This document shows positions 54,309 to 63,453 of a stretch of 64,000 nucleotides of DNA, one piece after another. This DNA comes from Hyphomicrobium sp. Lineage in GTDB: Bacteria > Pseudomonadota > Alphaproteobacteria > Rhizobiales > Hyphomicrobiaceae. Location of the stretch: assembly GCF_035687085.1 (NCBI RefSeq), contig NZ_DASRYS010000014.1, positions 16,840 to 80,839 on the forward strand, in the 5' to 3' direction. The stretch's first letter is position 1; every line of letters starts with the position of its first letter. The translations under genes were made by a program, and so were the position numbers. Below the pieces are notes generated by a model. It had not been told where the DNA came from and searched no databases. It worked only from the letters and a program-made list of their open reading frames with translations.

Positions 54309-55642
54309 CACTCAACCTCCGCCGCGAGACGCAAGCCGAGGAACTGCCAGCGCTGATGGGGATAAAAGAAATTGCGGTAAGTCACGCGGGAATGGCCCGC
54401 CGGCGTTGCGCATGAGGATCCCCGCAGCACGTGTTGCCCGACCATGAACTTGCCGTTGTATTCGCCGATTGCGCCTGCGGGCGGGCGGTAGCCCGGATAT
54501 GGCAGATAGGCGCTCGCCGTCCACTGCCAGACTTGGCCGAAGAGCTGCTTTGGCCCTTTTGAAGCCGATGTTTCACTTCGCTGCGGACGCAACACGCCAG
54601 ATGATTTCGCTGCTTCCTGCCCGTCTGAAAGGGCCGCCGATTCCCATTCGAATTCGGTGGGCAAACGCTTGCCGGCCCAGCGGGCGAAGGCGTCGGCTTC
54701 ATAATAGGATACGTGGGTCACGGGTTCTGCGGGCGCCACCGGCCGAAGACCCTGGAGCGACATCTGCGACCAGCTGCTGTCCGTCTGCTCCCAATACAGC
54801 GGGGCCTCCCAGCCCTCTCGGTTGACGGCCGCCCAACCGTCCGCCAGCCAGTGCGCTGGCGTCGCGTAACCGCCATCTTCCATGAATTCGAGCCATTCGG
54901 CATTCGTGACGAGCCGGTTGGCAAGCTTGAACGGCTGAATGAGCGCGTCATGCGAAGGCAGTTCATTATCCCAGCAATAACCTTCGCCGGAGTGACCGAT
55001 CTTCACGATGCCGCCGGGGTACTCCGTCCATCCAAGCGGCTCGGGTCCGGTGAAATCGACAGCGGAGGGTTTGGCTTGATACGCGGGGCGCAGAGGGTTT
55101 GATGCAAGCAGCGCCAGTATGTCGGTCAACAACAGTTCTTGATGCTGTTGCTCGTGGTTGATGCCGATTTCGAGCAGCCGGGCGACTTCGTCTTGATCAG
55201 TCCCATCGCTTGCGAGAAGACGCCGAAGCGCCTCGTCGACGTGGGCTCGATATTGGAAAACGCGCTCGGATGTTGGCCGCGTCAGCAGGCCTCGTTTTGG
55301 CCGCGGATGACGAGGGCCGAGGCTCTCGTAGTACGAGTTGAAGCAATAATTGAACGCCTCGTCGAAAACTTGATAGCCGGCGAGGTGCGGCTTCAAGACA
55401 AAGTTCTCAAAGAACCAAGTCACGTGTGCGAGGTGCCACTTCGTCGGGCTCGCATCATCGGAGGCTTGCACGACCATATCTTCGGCCGAAAGCGGCTCGG
55501 CCAAGTCCATCGAGTGCTGTCGCGTCTTGAACAGACGCGCAGACAGCGCGTCGCGGACGCTCGTGCTTGCCTCATCAGCCGGCAGCAGTAGGGAGCCGTC
55601 GGTTTGCTCGTGGGGTGCCTTGCCGGCTGCAGGATTTTCCAA
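54308..55642 (-). CDS. egtB: Ergothioneine biosynthesis sulfoxide synthase
   Basis: SPTKWHLAHVTWFFE, NSYYE, HEQQHQEL (Fe ligands), C-terminal FGE-like domain ending RNFFYPHQRWQF.GLRL. Confidence 0.9.
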   Translation of the reverse strand: MENPAAGKAPHEQTDGSLLLPADEASTSVRDALSARLFKTRQHSMDLAEPLSAEDMVVQASDDASPTKWHLAHVTWFFENFVLKPHLAGYQVFDEAFNYCFNSYYESLGPRHPRPKRGLLTRPTSERVFQYRAHVDEALRRLLASDGTDQDEVARLLEIGINHEQQHQELLLTDILALLASNPLRPAYQAKPSAVDFTGPEPLGWTEYPGGIVKIGHSGEGYCWDNELPSHDALIQPFKLANRLVTNAEWLEFMEDGGYATPAHWLADGWAAVNREGWEAPLYWEQTDSSWSQMSLQGLRPVAPAEPVTHVSYYEADAFARWAGKRLPTEFEWESAALSDGQEAAKSSGVLRPQRSETSASKGPKQLFGQVWQWTASAYLPYPGYRPPAGAIGEYNGKFMVGQHVLRGSSCATPAGHSRVTYRNFFYPHQRWQFLGLRLAAEVE

Positions 55643-55703
55643 ACGCTGTTCTCTGGATTTTTCGCCTGCGCCGCCGCGCGCAGCTAAAAGGTCAATTCGC
55701 CTA

Positions 55704-55728
55704 AACTCAGAGCTTCCAAGATAGTTCC
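55704..55728 (-). promoter_or_regulatory. Sigma-EcfG-type promoter for egtBD
   Basis: GGAAC-N16-AGTT, 61 nt upstream of TTG 55642. Confidence 0.55.
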
Positions 55729-55783
55729 CTCAGCGGCTGCCAAAGTCGCCGAGCAAGCGGACCTGAGCCCTTCTTTTGCTTCT

Positions 55784-56212
55784 CTACTTGTTTTGTTTTG
55801 GCTTCGATTTTTCGTGCTTCTCGCCGTATTTCATTCCTTCGAGCTTGATGCCGTCAGGATCTAAGAAGAAGACGGCGTAGTAGTCTTCATAATACTCATC
55901 GGCAGGATCGACAATTTCCACGCTGTTCTTCTTAAGATACTCCTGCAGTTCATCGACGTCTTTTCGGTTGCGAAGCTGGAAGGCGTAATGATGCAGCCCG
56001 ACGTCGCCGGTCCGGTGTTTATGCTTCCGTCCATCCGCGTCGGCCTGCGTAATCCAATAGCGGGTCTTGCCGTTCGTCCAGCCAATCGAGTTCTCGTATT
56101 CATCCAGCACGTCGAAGCCGAGGAACTCGAAGAGGCCGCCGTAGAAGGCCTTTGATTTTGCAAAGTTGCTGACGCGGATCGCTAAATGGTCGATGCCGGC
56201 GACGCGCGACAT
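55784..56212 (-). CDS. VOC (glyoxalase-like) family protein
   Basis: GIDHLAIRV, GLHHYAF, YYAVFFLDPDGIKLE; 142 aa. Confidence 0.85.
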   Translation of the reverse strand: MSRVAGIDHLAIRVSNFAKSKAFYGGLFEFLGFDVLDEYENSIGWTNGKTRYWITQADADGRKHKHRTGDVGLHHYAFQLRNRKDVDELQEYLKKNSVEIVDPADEYYEDYYAVFFLDPDGIKLEGMKYGEKHEKSKPKQNK

Positions 56213-56239
56213 GGCTGCACTCCATTCTGCTCACTCGGT

Positions 56240-58525
56240 TCAGTTCTCGAGAAGGTGTTCCAGGCGGATAGGCAAATGCCGGATGCGCTTACCCGTTGCA
56301 TGGAAGATCGCATTGGCAATTGCCGCGTTCGTCCCGACGTTGCCGAGTTCGCCCAGACCCTTGATGCCCGCCGGATTGACCTCGTCATCGACTTCGGGAA
56401 CGAGGATGACCTCGACATCTGCAATATCCGCATTCACCGGCACGAGGTAGTCCTGAAGCTCGCGATTGACATAGCGCGCATTGCGCGGATCGACCTGCGT
56501 CTCTTCCAGCAGCGCTGAACTCATGCCCCAGATCATGCCGCCCATCAGCTGGCTTCGGGCCGTGCGGGTATTCATAATGCGACCGGCTGCGAACGCGCCG
56601 ACCATGCGAGGCACGCGGATTTCGCGCGTTCGGGCATTGATGCGGACCTCGACAAACTCGGCGCCAAACGCGTACATCAGCTTCTTGCCGTGCGAACCGC
56701 CAACGAACGTGCTTTTGCCGGTATAGAGCGAATGCACCGCATCCGCGGGCGCGCCTTCCGGTACGAACTCGGCATACTCTTCGACCATGCCGGCGCCGAG
56801 AATTTTGAACACGTCCGAGAGCTTCTGCGAGCGTCCGTCCTTGGCGACGACTTCGCCGTTCTTGAGATCGAGATCGGCAATCGGCTTGCCGACGAGCGGG
56901 CCATCGTTCGATCGAACGGCAGCTTCGAAGAGCCTGCGCCGTATTCCCTCGCAGGCCTTGAGCACCGTGGAACAGACACTCGCAGTGCTGTTCGAGCCGC
57001 CTGCGACGGGCGCGGGCGGATGATCGCTGTCTCCCATTTCGCACTGGACCGCCGTGATATCGAGCCCAAGTCTCTCGGCCGCCATTTGGGCTGCAACGGT
57101 CCGGATGCCCGTGCCGATCTCATGGGAGGCGCTTTGAACGTCAGCAGTACCGTCGGCAGACAGGCGGACGCGCGCAGTGGCGGCCCCAACATGGGTTGGA
57201 TATACGGCGGTCGCACAGCCCCACCCGATCATCCAATCGCCATCGCGCATGCTGCCAGGGGCTTTGACTCGGTTTGACCAACCGAATGCTTTGGCCGCCT
57301 CGTCGTAGCATTCCATCAACGAGCGGCTGCTGTATGGCTTGCCTGAGATGGGATCCTTGTGGGTGTCGTTGAGGCGCCGAAGTTCGACGGGGTCCATATC
57401 CAGCTTGTAGGCCAGTTCGTCGATCGCACTTTCGAGCGGGAACATATACGGCGTTTCGGGCGGAGATCGCATGTACCCCGGCGTTTGCCGGTCCGCCTTC
57501 ACAAGTTCGACTTTGCTTGCGACTGCGCCGTATGCGTACATTCGCGATGTCGTATCGACGCCACCGACCACGTAATTATCGATGCGGGACGTCAGCTCGG
57601 TCCCTTCGTGGCTGAATGCCAAAAACTTGCCGTCGCGGGATGCTCCTAGGCGAAGGCGATGCTTCGTCTCCGCGCGGAACGTCGTAGTCGTGAATCCTTG
57701 CATGCGTGTTACGACGCAGCGGACCGGCCGGTTGAGACGGCGCGCGGCGACGGCGACGATCGCCGTCCGCGGCGTCATCGGTCCCTTGGAGCCAAACGCG
57801 CCTCCGACGTACGGGCTCACGACGCGAACGTTCTTTGGATCCAACTGCAGCTGCTTGGCGATTTCCGCTTTGAAGCCGTAAACGTTCTGCGTCGGTTCGT
57901 AGACGGTCAGCTGATCGTGCGTCCAGGCGCAAGTCGTGGAGAAAAGCTCGATCGGGTTGTGTGTCTCGGGGGCGGTCGCATATTCGGCATCGATCTGCAC
58001 AGGGGCGCTTGCGAACGCAGCTTCGAAGTCGCCAGCCTTGAGATCTTCCGGATACATCGGGCTAACGCCCGCTGCAGGGATCGTCTCCGTGCCCGGGGAA
58101 TCCAGCGTCGCGCTCGCGGGCTGCTCCGCGTAGGTCATGCGCACTAGAGATGCCGCTTGAGATGCGGCTTCGAACGTGTCGGCGACGACGAGCGCTACGA
58201 TCTGCCCGTCATGGACGATTGTCTTCTGATGCAGCGGTGCCAACGACGTCGATGTTGAATTGGAATACTTGGGGGCCTTGACGCCACTCATGTCGCCATA
58301 AGTGACGATATCGAGAACGCCCGAAACGGCCTTTGCCTCCGAAAAATCCATCCAGGTGACTTCACCGTGCGAAATGGGGCTAGTCACCAGCACGGCGTGA
58401 GCGAAATTGTTCAGTGGAATGTCGGCAGCGTAAGGTGCTTCGCCCGTTACCTTCAGTCGGCCATCAATGCGCGGCGCGGGCTGACCTTGATTTTGACGCG
58501 GCTCGGGAGCGGCTGGCTGCAGCAT
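56240..58525 (-). CDS. paoC: Xanthine dehydrogenase family Mo-cofactor subunit (PaoC/YagR-like)
   Basis: RIDGRLKVTG, VGGAFGSKG, MRSPPE, HEIGTG, AGGS, KGLGELG; 761 aa. Confidence 0.85.
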   Translation of the reverse strand: MLQPAAPEPRQNQGQPAPRIDGRLKVTGEAPYAADIPLNNFAHAVLVTSPISHGEVTWMDFSEAKAVSGVLDIVTYGDMSGVKAPKYSNSTSTSLAPLHQKTIVHDGQIVALVVADTFEAASQAASLVRMTYAEQPASATLDSPGTETIPAAGVSPMYPEDLKAGDFEAAFASAPVQIDAEYATAPETHNPIELFSTTCAWTHDQLTVYEPTQNVYGFKAEIAKQLQLDPKNVRVVSPYVGGAFGSKGPMTPRTAIVAVAARRLNRPVRCVVTRMQGFTTTTFRAETKHRLRLGASRDGKFLAFSHEGTELTSRIDNYVVGGVDTTSRMYAYGAVASKVELVKADRQTPGYMRSPPETPYMFPLESAIDELAYKLDMDPVELRRLNDTHKDPISGKPYSSRSLMECYDEAAKAFGWSNRVKAPGSMRDGDWMIGWGCATAVYPTHVGAATARVRLSADGTADVQSASHEIGTGIRTVAAQMAAERLGLDITAVQCEMGDSDHPPAPVAGGSNSTASVCSTVLKACEGIRRRLFEAAVRSNDGPLVGKPIADLDLKNGEVVAKDGRSQKLSDVFKILGAGMVEEYAEFVPEGAPADAVHSLYTGKSTFVGGSHGKKLMYAFGAEFVEVRINARTREIRVPRMVGAFAAGRIMNTRTARSQLMGGMIWGMSSALLEETQVDPRNARYVNRELQDYLVPVNADIADVEVILVPEVDDEVNPAGIKGLGELGNVGTNAAIANAIFHATGKRIRHLPIRLEHLLEN

Positions 58526-58528
58526 TTC

Positions 58529-59527
58529 TCAGATCCTCATCGCCTTCGCTTCGAGCAGTGCACGCACAATGGCGGCCTTGCCGGCCGGCACCTTGAATTT
58601 ATTGTATTGGCGGGGCTCGGCTCCGGCAAAGGCCGCTTCGGCCGCCTTTGCCGCCAACCTTTCATCGAGGATGTTGCCTCTGATGACCGCTTCGGCCTCG
58701 CCCGAGCGCCAGGGCACCGTTGCCACGCCGCCGAGCGCGAGCCGCACGTCGCGAACCCTGTCACCATCGAGATCGAGAGCCACCGCAACGGAGGCAACCG
58801 CAAACTGGTAAGACTGGCGGTCGCGGATTTTCAGATAATGAGAGCGGCGCGTGTGCGGTCCGGCGGGGACGTCAATAGACGTGATCAGTTCGCCCGGCTC
58901 TAGGACTGTCTCGACTTCCGGTGTATCGCCCGGAAGCCGGTGCAATTGTCCAAACGGAATCTGACGATTGCCGTTCGGTCCGGCCGTCGAAACAATCGCA
59001 TCGAGCGCGATGAGCGCCTGGGCAAAGTCACCGTGGTATGTCGCGATGCAGGCTGGGCTGGTGCCGAGAACCGCGTGTTCACGGTTGATGCCCTCAAGCG
59101 CAGAGCATCCCGATCCCGGCTGACGCTTGTTACAAGGCCAAGACGTTTCGCGGAAATATTGGCAGCGCGTTTTCTGCAGAATATTGCCGCCTAGGCTCGC
59201 CATATTGCGGATTTGCTGACTGGCAGCCAGCATGAGGCTTTCTGCTATGACCGGATAATCGCGTTTGATATCCGGGTGGTCCTGAGCTTCCGCCATGCGC
59301 ACCAGCGCACCGAGGTGAAGACCTTCGCTCGTCACGTCGATGCGCCCATGCACGTCCTTGGCGAGGACGTTGATGTCGACCAAGCGATCCGGTTGAAGTA
59401 CGTCGAGCTTCATGTAGTCGACGACATTCGTGCCGCCGGCGATGAATTGCGCCCGGGCCGCGTGGGCTGCGGCGGCTGCAACCGCGTCGCCCGTATCGCG
59501 GGCTTTGTAGTATCCAAACCTATTCAT
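58529..59527 (-). CDS. paoB: FAD-binding subunit with a 4Fe-4S insert (PaoB/YagS-like)
   Basis: IAGGTN, ASQQIRNMASLGGN, RCQYFR...CNKR.PGSGC...CIAT, YLKIRDRQSY. Confidence 0.88.
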   Translation of the reverse strand: MNRFGYYKARDTGDAVAAAAAHAARAQFIAGGTNVVDYMKLDVLQPDRLVDINVLAKDVHGRIDVTSEGLHLGALVRMAEAQDHPDIKRDYPVIAESLMLAASQQIRNMASLGGNILQKTRCQYFRETSWPCNKRQPGSGCSALEGINREHAVLGTSPACIATYHGDFAQALIALDAIVSTAGPNGNRQIPFGQLHRLPGDTPEVETVLEPGELITSIDVPAGPHTRRSHYLKIRDRQSYQFAVASVAVALDLDGDRVRDVRLALGGVATVPWRSGEAEAVIRGNILDERLAAKAAEAAFAGAEPRQYNKFKVPAGKAAIVRALLEAKAMRI

Positions 59528-60105
59528 CAGGCCCGCTCCATTTCAGCTTTGGCCTGTCTCACAGCAGCGACGATGTTGGGGTAAGCGGCGCAGCGGCAGA
59601 GATTGCCGCTCATGAACTCGCGGATCTCATCGTCGTCGTTGGCATGGCCTTCGTTGATGCACGCAACGGCCGACATGATTTGGCCCGGCGTGCAGTAGCC
59701 ACATTGGAGGCCATCGTTGTCGATGAAGGCTTGCTGGACCGGATGCAGCTTGCCCTCGGGACTCGCTAGACCTTCAATCGTCGTGACGGCTTCGCCTTGG
59801 GCCATGACGGCGAGAGTCATGCATGAGAGCACACGCTGACCAGCGACGTGGACGGTACATGCGCCACACTGGCCGTGGTCACATCCCTTTTTTGTGCCGG
59901 TCAGTCCGGCATGATCGCGGATGGCATCGAGAAGGCTTGTGCGCGGGTCTAAGGTTAGCCGGTAATTCTCGCCGTTGATGCTTAACTCGACGGCTTCCGT
60001 CTCACTTGCGCCGCCCGCTGGGGCACTGGCAAAGGGAATGAACGGCATCCCGGCGGAGATCTCAGACGCCTCAGAGGACTGCAGATCCGAAACATCTCTT
60101 TGCAT
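59527..60105 (-). CDS. paoA: 2x[2Fe-2S] subunit (PaoA/YagT-like) without a Tat signal
   Basis: GTKKGCDHGQCGACT, QCGYCTPGQ, GNLCRC; RBS GAGGAG; no RR motif in the N-terminus. Confidence 0.88.
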   Translation of the reverse strand: MQRDVSDLQSSEASEISAGMPFIPFASAPAGGASETEAVELSINGENYRLTLDPRTSLLDAIRDHAGLTGTKKGCDHGQCGACTVHVAGQRVLSCMTLAVMAQGEAVTTIEGLASPEGKLHPVQQAFIDNDGLQCGYCTPGQIMSAVACINEGHANDDDEIREFMSGNLCRCAAYPNIVAAVRQAKAEMERA

Positions 60106-60139
60106 TTTTTGGAACTCCTCGCCCGGCAATCGCCATGCA

Positions 60140-60165
60140 AACCCCGGGGGCCGGGGCAGAGTTCC
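60140..60165 (-). promoter_or_regulatory. Sigma-EcfG-type promoter for paoABC-VOC
   Basis: GGAAC-N17-GGTT, 34 nt upstream of ATG 60105. Confidence 0.6.
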
Positions 60166-60202
60166 GTGATAGCTGGGGGTCCGGCAACCCTCCCTCGGAG
60201 GG

Positions 60203-61609
60203 CTAAGGGCTTAGCGCGAAGGCTGGACTTGCGGTTTGATCCGCAGATCCCGAAAGCTTCATGCCGCGCCGATAGACGGCATCGAGTTCGCGCGCCATGT
60301 GATCGAAGGTGCGCTGCGGGTGGATGTTGCTGCGAAGCCTGCGGAGTTCGCAAGGAGCTGCGAGAAGGCGCGCGATCCGCTCGGCCAATTGGCCGGCTTC
60401 GCCGGGCGCGAATAATAGGCCATCAACATTATGGCGAATGCGCTCGGCGATCCCGCCAAGACGGCTTCCTATGACCGGGAGTCCTGCCGCCATAGCTTCA
60501 TAGACCGCCAGCGGCCCCGTCTCGAGCCATACCGATGGCACGAGACAAGCGTCATGCGTGACGAGTTCGTGTAGCATTTCTTCAGCCAGCACCGTGCGAG
60601 GCGGCAGCAGCCGCTTGTCCCTGGCGAAGGGTTTCAACAGCTTCGTTCCGTAGGCGGAGTCCCAGCCCGGGCCCAAAAGCGAAACCGTCAGAGGCGCGCG
60701 CTGATCGATCAGCTTCAGCGCGCCAAGGATCGTCTCGATACCTTTGACGTCACTACACCGTCCAGCGAACACAAGGCGCAGCGGCCGCGTTTCGTTGAAT
60801 TCCTCCGGGACAGAAATATCGGGCGCTATTGGATCTTGCGAGACACCCATTTCAATAAATTCGATTTTTTCATCGGGCACCCCATTCGTGCGCAGCACGC
60901 CGGCGATCCACCGCGATTGGATGTGAAATACGTCGACGAGGCCCACCGCGGTGCGGAAGGCCTCGATGAAGCTTTTCGTCATTGATCGCGATGAGAAGAT
61001 GCGGCCGATCACACTCCCTTCACGCGCTTTCCCAAACTCAGTCCGCGCGAGAAGCTCTGCGAGCTGCGCTGGCATCCCACGATTTGCCAAGCGGCAACGT
61101 GTGCAGCGGGTGGTCTCAAGCCGGCCGTCGCACGGCGAAAATCCGTTTTCAAGCAGCCCGGTCTGCGGGCATGAGATGCCGCCCGTGTGATAGGTGACGA
61201 CGGTCCGAGTACCAGCGGCTTTCGCCGCCTCCAGGTGCAGCAGCCCGGCTGTCATACTCAGCGTGTGAAAGTGCGCGACCTCGGGCTGCAACTCTTCGAA
61301 GAGTTCTTGGAGGCCGGGCGCAGCCTGCGGGCGGCGCGCATAATAGGCCTTCCTGTTTGCGCCGAGGACCGGGGGCAAAATACGGATTTCCAAATCTGGA
61401 GCCCTGGATTGCTCAGCACTGCAATCGGGTTCTTCCGCACGTTCATTGAGAACGATGATTGGCCGCCAGCCGAGGCCAGCTTGCCGCCTGGCCAAAGCGC
61501 GTATGAACGTATTTGAGCCGCCGCCTCCCGTGATGCTTGAGGCTCCGGCGAAATGGAGGCAGATCGGGCGGCTATCGGTTGGCGCCCGTTCCATGTCCAT
61601 CATGTTCAT
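60203..61609 (-). CDS. Glycosyltransferase family 4
   Basis: AHFHT, FAGRCSDVKG, PSVWLETGPLAVYEAMAAGLPVIGSRLGGIAE. Confidence 0.88.
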   Translation of the reverse strand: MNMMDMERAPTDSRPICLHFAGASSITGGGGSNTFIRALARRQAGLGWRPIIVLNERAEEPDCSAEQSRAPDLEIRILPPVLGANRKAYYARRPQAAPGLQELFEELQPEVAHFHTLSMTAGLLHLEAAKAAGTRTVVTYHTGGISCPQTGLLENGFSPCDGRLETTRCTRCRLANRGMPAQLAELLARTEFGKAREGSVIGRIFSSRSMTKSFIEAFRTAVGLVDVFHIQSRWIAGVLRTNGVPDEKIEFIEMGVSQDPIAPDISVPEEFNETRPLRLVFAGRCSDVKGIETILGALKLIDQRAPLTVSLLGPGWDSAYGTKLLKPFARDKRLLPPRTVLAEEMLHELVTHDACLVPSVWLETGPLAVYEAMAAGLPVIGSRLGGIAERIRHNVDGLLFAPGEAGQLAERIARLLAAPCELRRLRSNIHPQRTFDHMARELDAVYRRGMKLSGSADQTASPAFALSP

Positions 61610-61613
61610 GGTG

Positions 61614-62645
61614 CTAGGCTGGGCTTTGCGAAGCGACCCGCCGCAGTACGGGCGGACACGCCTTGGATGGCAAACTCCGAGCGCCGCGGAGCCTCTTCAC
61701 AGTCTCGTAGATTTGCCGCTCGTCGCGTGTCAGCAACGCGGGAGCGCGCAGCGCCGCGAAGAGGGAGAGGCACGATGCGCGGTTCAATCGTCCAAGAAGC
61801 GCATGCTTGATGATGCGAGCACAGCCCACGCCGGCGGCACGCCACGGCTGGTCCATAGCTTCGATAATCTTCGTATACTGGCCGTGCACTGCAAAGCCTG
61901 CGCCGAAGTTTGCAAAGAGACGCTTCGCATAAGAGACCGACAGCCTCCCAGGCGCGATATCGTGCTTGAACCGCAAGCTTTCGCTGAAGATCAGCCTGTA
62001 TCCGGCGGCTGAGAGGCATGCTGAAATCTCCAGGTCTTCCCCCGACAGCAGCTCTGCACCCTTCCTTCCACTGAGCGCGGGAAAGCCCGGGAGCGAGTAC
62101 AGGTGTCTGATGAAGTCCCGCCGCATGACGAGCCCCGCGCCCCATAGTGCGCTGACCAACGTTTCTGTTGCGGGCGGATCGGGCAGATACGCGATCTTCG
62201 AGATGGGAACACCTACGGCGAAGCCCCACGAGAACGTGTAGAACCATGGCGGCAACACTTCCGGGTTGGCCGGCGTGGAGCAGCCACCTGCGGCGCCGAC
62301 ATCGGAGTCGCGCATAATCCTTGCGGCCTGCATGAGATAGTCTTCGGCAAGCCAATTATCGTCATCACAGAAGATGACGATGCCAAACGACGCGGCGCGA
62401 ACTCCGGCGCAACGCGCATAGGCGAGACCCGCCTGTGGCTCTTTGATGATCGAGAACGAGAACCGATCGTTGCCGCAGGAGCTCCACATCTCTTCGGCGC
62501 GTCTCGACGTGCCATCGGTTGAATCGTTATCGACGAGAATGATTTCGACGGGGAAGTCCGCCTCACAGCGCGCGAGAGTCTCGAGCGTCGGGCGAATGCG
62601 GTCGGCGCTGTTGTGCGCACAGATGATGACGCTGATGCCGTTCAT
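61614..62645 (-). CDS. Glycosyltransferase family 2
   Basis: SVIICAHNS, VDNDSTD, GLAYAR, FCDDD (DxD), GEDLE; start MNGISV just after the upstream stop. Confidence 0.88.
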   Translation of the reverse strand: MNGISVIICAHNSADRIRPTLETLARCEADFPVEIILVDNDSTDGTSRRAEEMWSSCGNDRFSFSIIKEPQAGLAYARCAGVRAASFGIVIFCDDDNWLAEDYLMQAARIMRDSDVGAAGGCSTPANPEVLPPWFYTFSWGFAVGVPISKIAYLPDPPATETLVSALWGAGLVMRRDFIRHLYSLPGFPALSGRKGAELLSGEDLEISACLSAAGYRLIFSESLRFKHDIAPGRLSVSYAKRLFANFGAGFAVHGQYTKIIEAMDQPWRAAGVGCARIIKHALLGRLNRASCLSLFAALRAPALLTRDERQIYETVKRLRGARSLPSKACPPVLRRVASQSPA

Positions 62646-62646
62646 A

Positions 62647-63396
62647 TCAGCGCACCGGGAGGCGAACGCCGTACCGCTCTCCAACGGAACGATTGAGCAA
62701 ACGGAGGTAATGCGTGGGGTGATACTTTCCCTGCGAGAGGTCACTGAGCCTTCGCGCAAGCGGCGAGTCTGGAAAATCCATATGCCGTGTCATTTCGGGA
62801 TGGATGAGATGTTGGATGCGCGGCTCTTTGCCAGCGCCTTCGGGGTCGCGGCGTGCTGAGAAAAGATTTTGCCGGTACCAGGGCTCGATCATGCCATCGT
62901 TCCAGATCTCGGACCGCATGTCGTCACGACAAACGTAGCCCTGTGCATTGAACAAGGCTTGCCAGTAGGTTGGCCATTGGCAATTCACGTGGTGTTCGCC
63001 GTGTTGGCCCGGAGCCGCCGCCGAGAAGAATATGAGGTCGCCATGTCTGCAAAGCGTCTCGACAATGGTGCCGGCGAATTCTGCATGCAGGTGCTCGGCG
63101 ACCTCAAGGCATAGGACGACGTCGAAGCGCCTACCCAGAGACACCGGCCGGCGCAGATCGAACGTCGCAATACGATTGGCTTCAACGTGAAGCTCTGCCG
63201 GATCGGCCGCTACGCCATCGAAGCCGAATATGTCATCTATGCCCATCTCGCGTGCGGCGCGAAGCCAGTTTCCGAGGCCTGCGCCAACATCGAGCAAACT
63301 CGCGCATGGCGTGCCCGAGAGGAGATAGGCCAGCGCGTGCCGCGCGCCCGCCAACGAATGGGTGTTACGATTGAAGTGGTAGGAAATCTCGCTCAT
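62647..63396 (-). CDS. Class I SAM-dependent methyltransferase (O-antigen cluster type)
   Basis: LLDVGAGLG.W, FDVVLCLEVAEH, FSAAAPGQ.GEHHVNCQW, WYRQN. Confidence 0.85.
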   Translation of the reverse strand: MSEISYHFNRNTHSLAGARHALAYLLSGTPCASLLDVGAGLGNWLRAAREMGIDDIFGFDGVAADPAELHVEANRIATFDLRRPVSLGRRFDVVLCLEVAEHLHAEFAGTIVETLCRHGDLIFFSAAAPGQHGEHHVNCQWPTYWQALFNAQGYVCRDDMRSEIWNDGMIEPWYRQNLFSARRDPEGAGKEPRIQHLIHPEMTRHMDFPDSPLARRLSDLSQGKYHPTHYLRLLNRSVGERYGVRLPVR

Positions 63397-63453
63397 CGAT
63401 GATCTCTGCCCTGTGGGTGTCGTTGACGGCATCTGAGTTCTTCGCAGGCGCGC

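Noticed and set aside
53340-55642. Selenoneine (senABC) or ovothiol pathway
   Set aside because: There is no senB glycosyltransferase or selenophosphate synthetase nearby and no C-terminal methyltransferase on the sulfoxide synthase. The egtD linkage fits ergothioneine.
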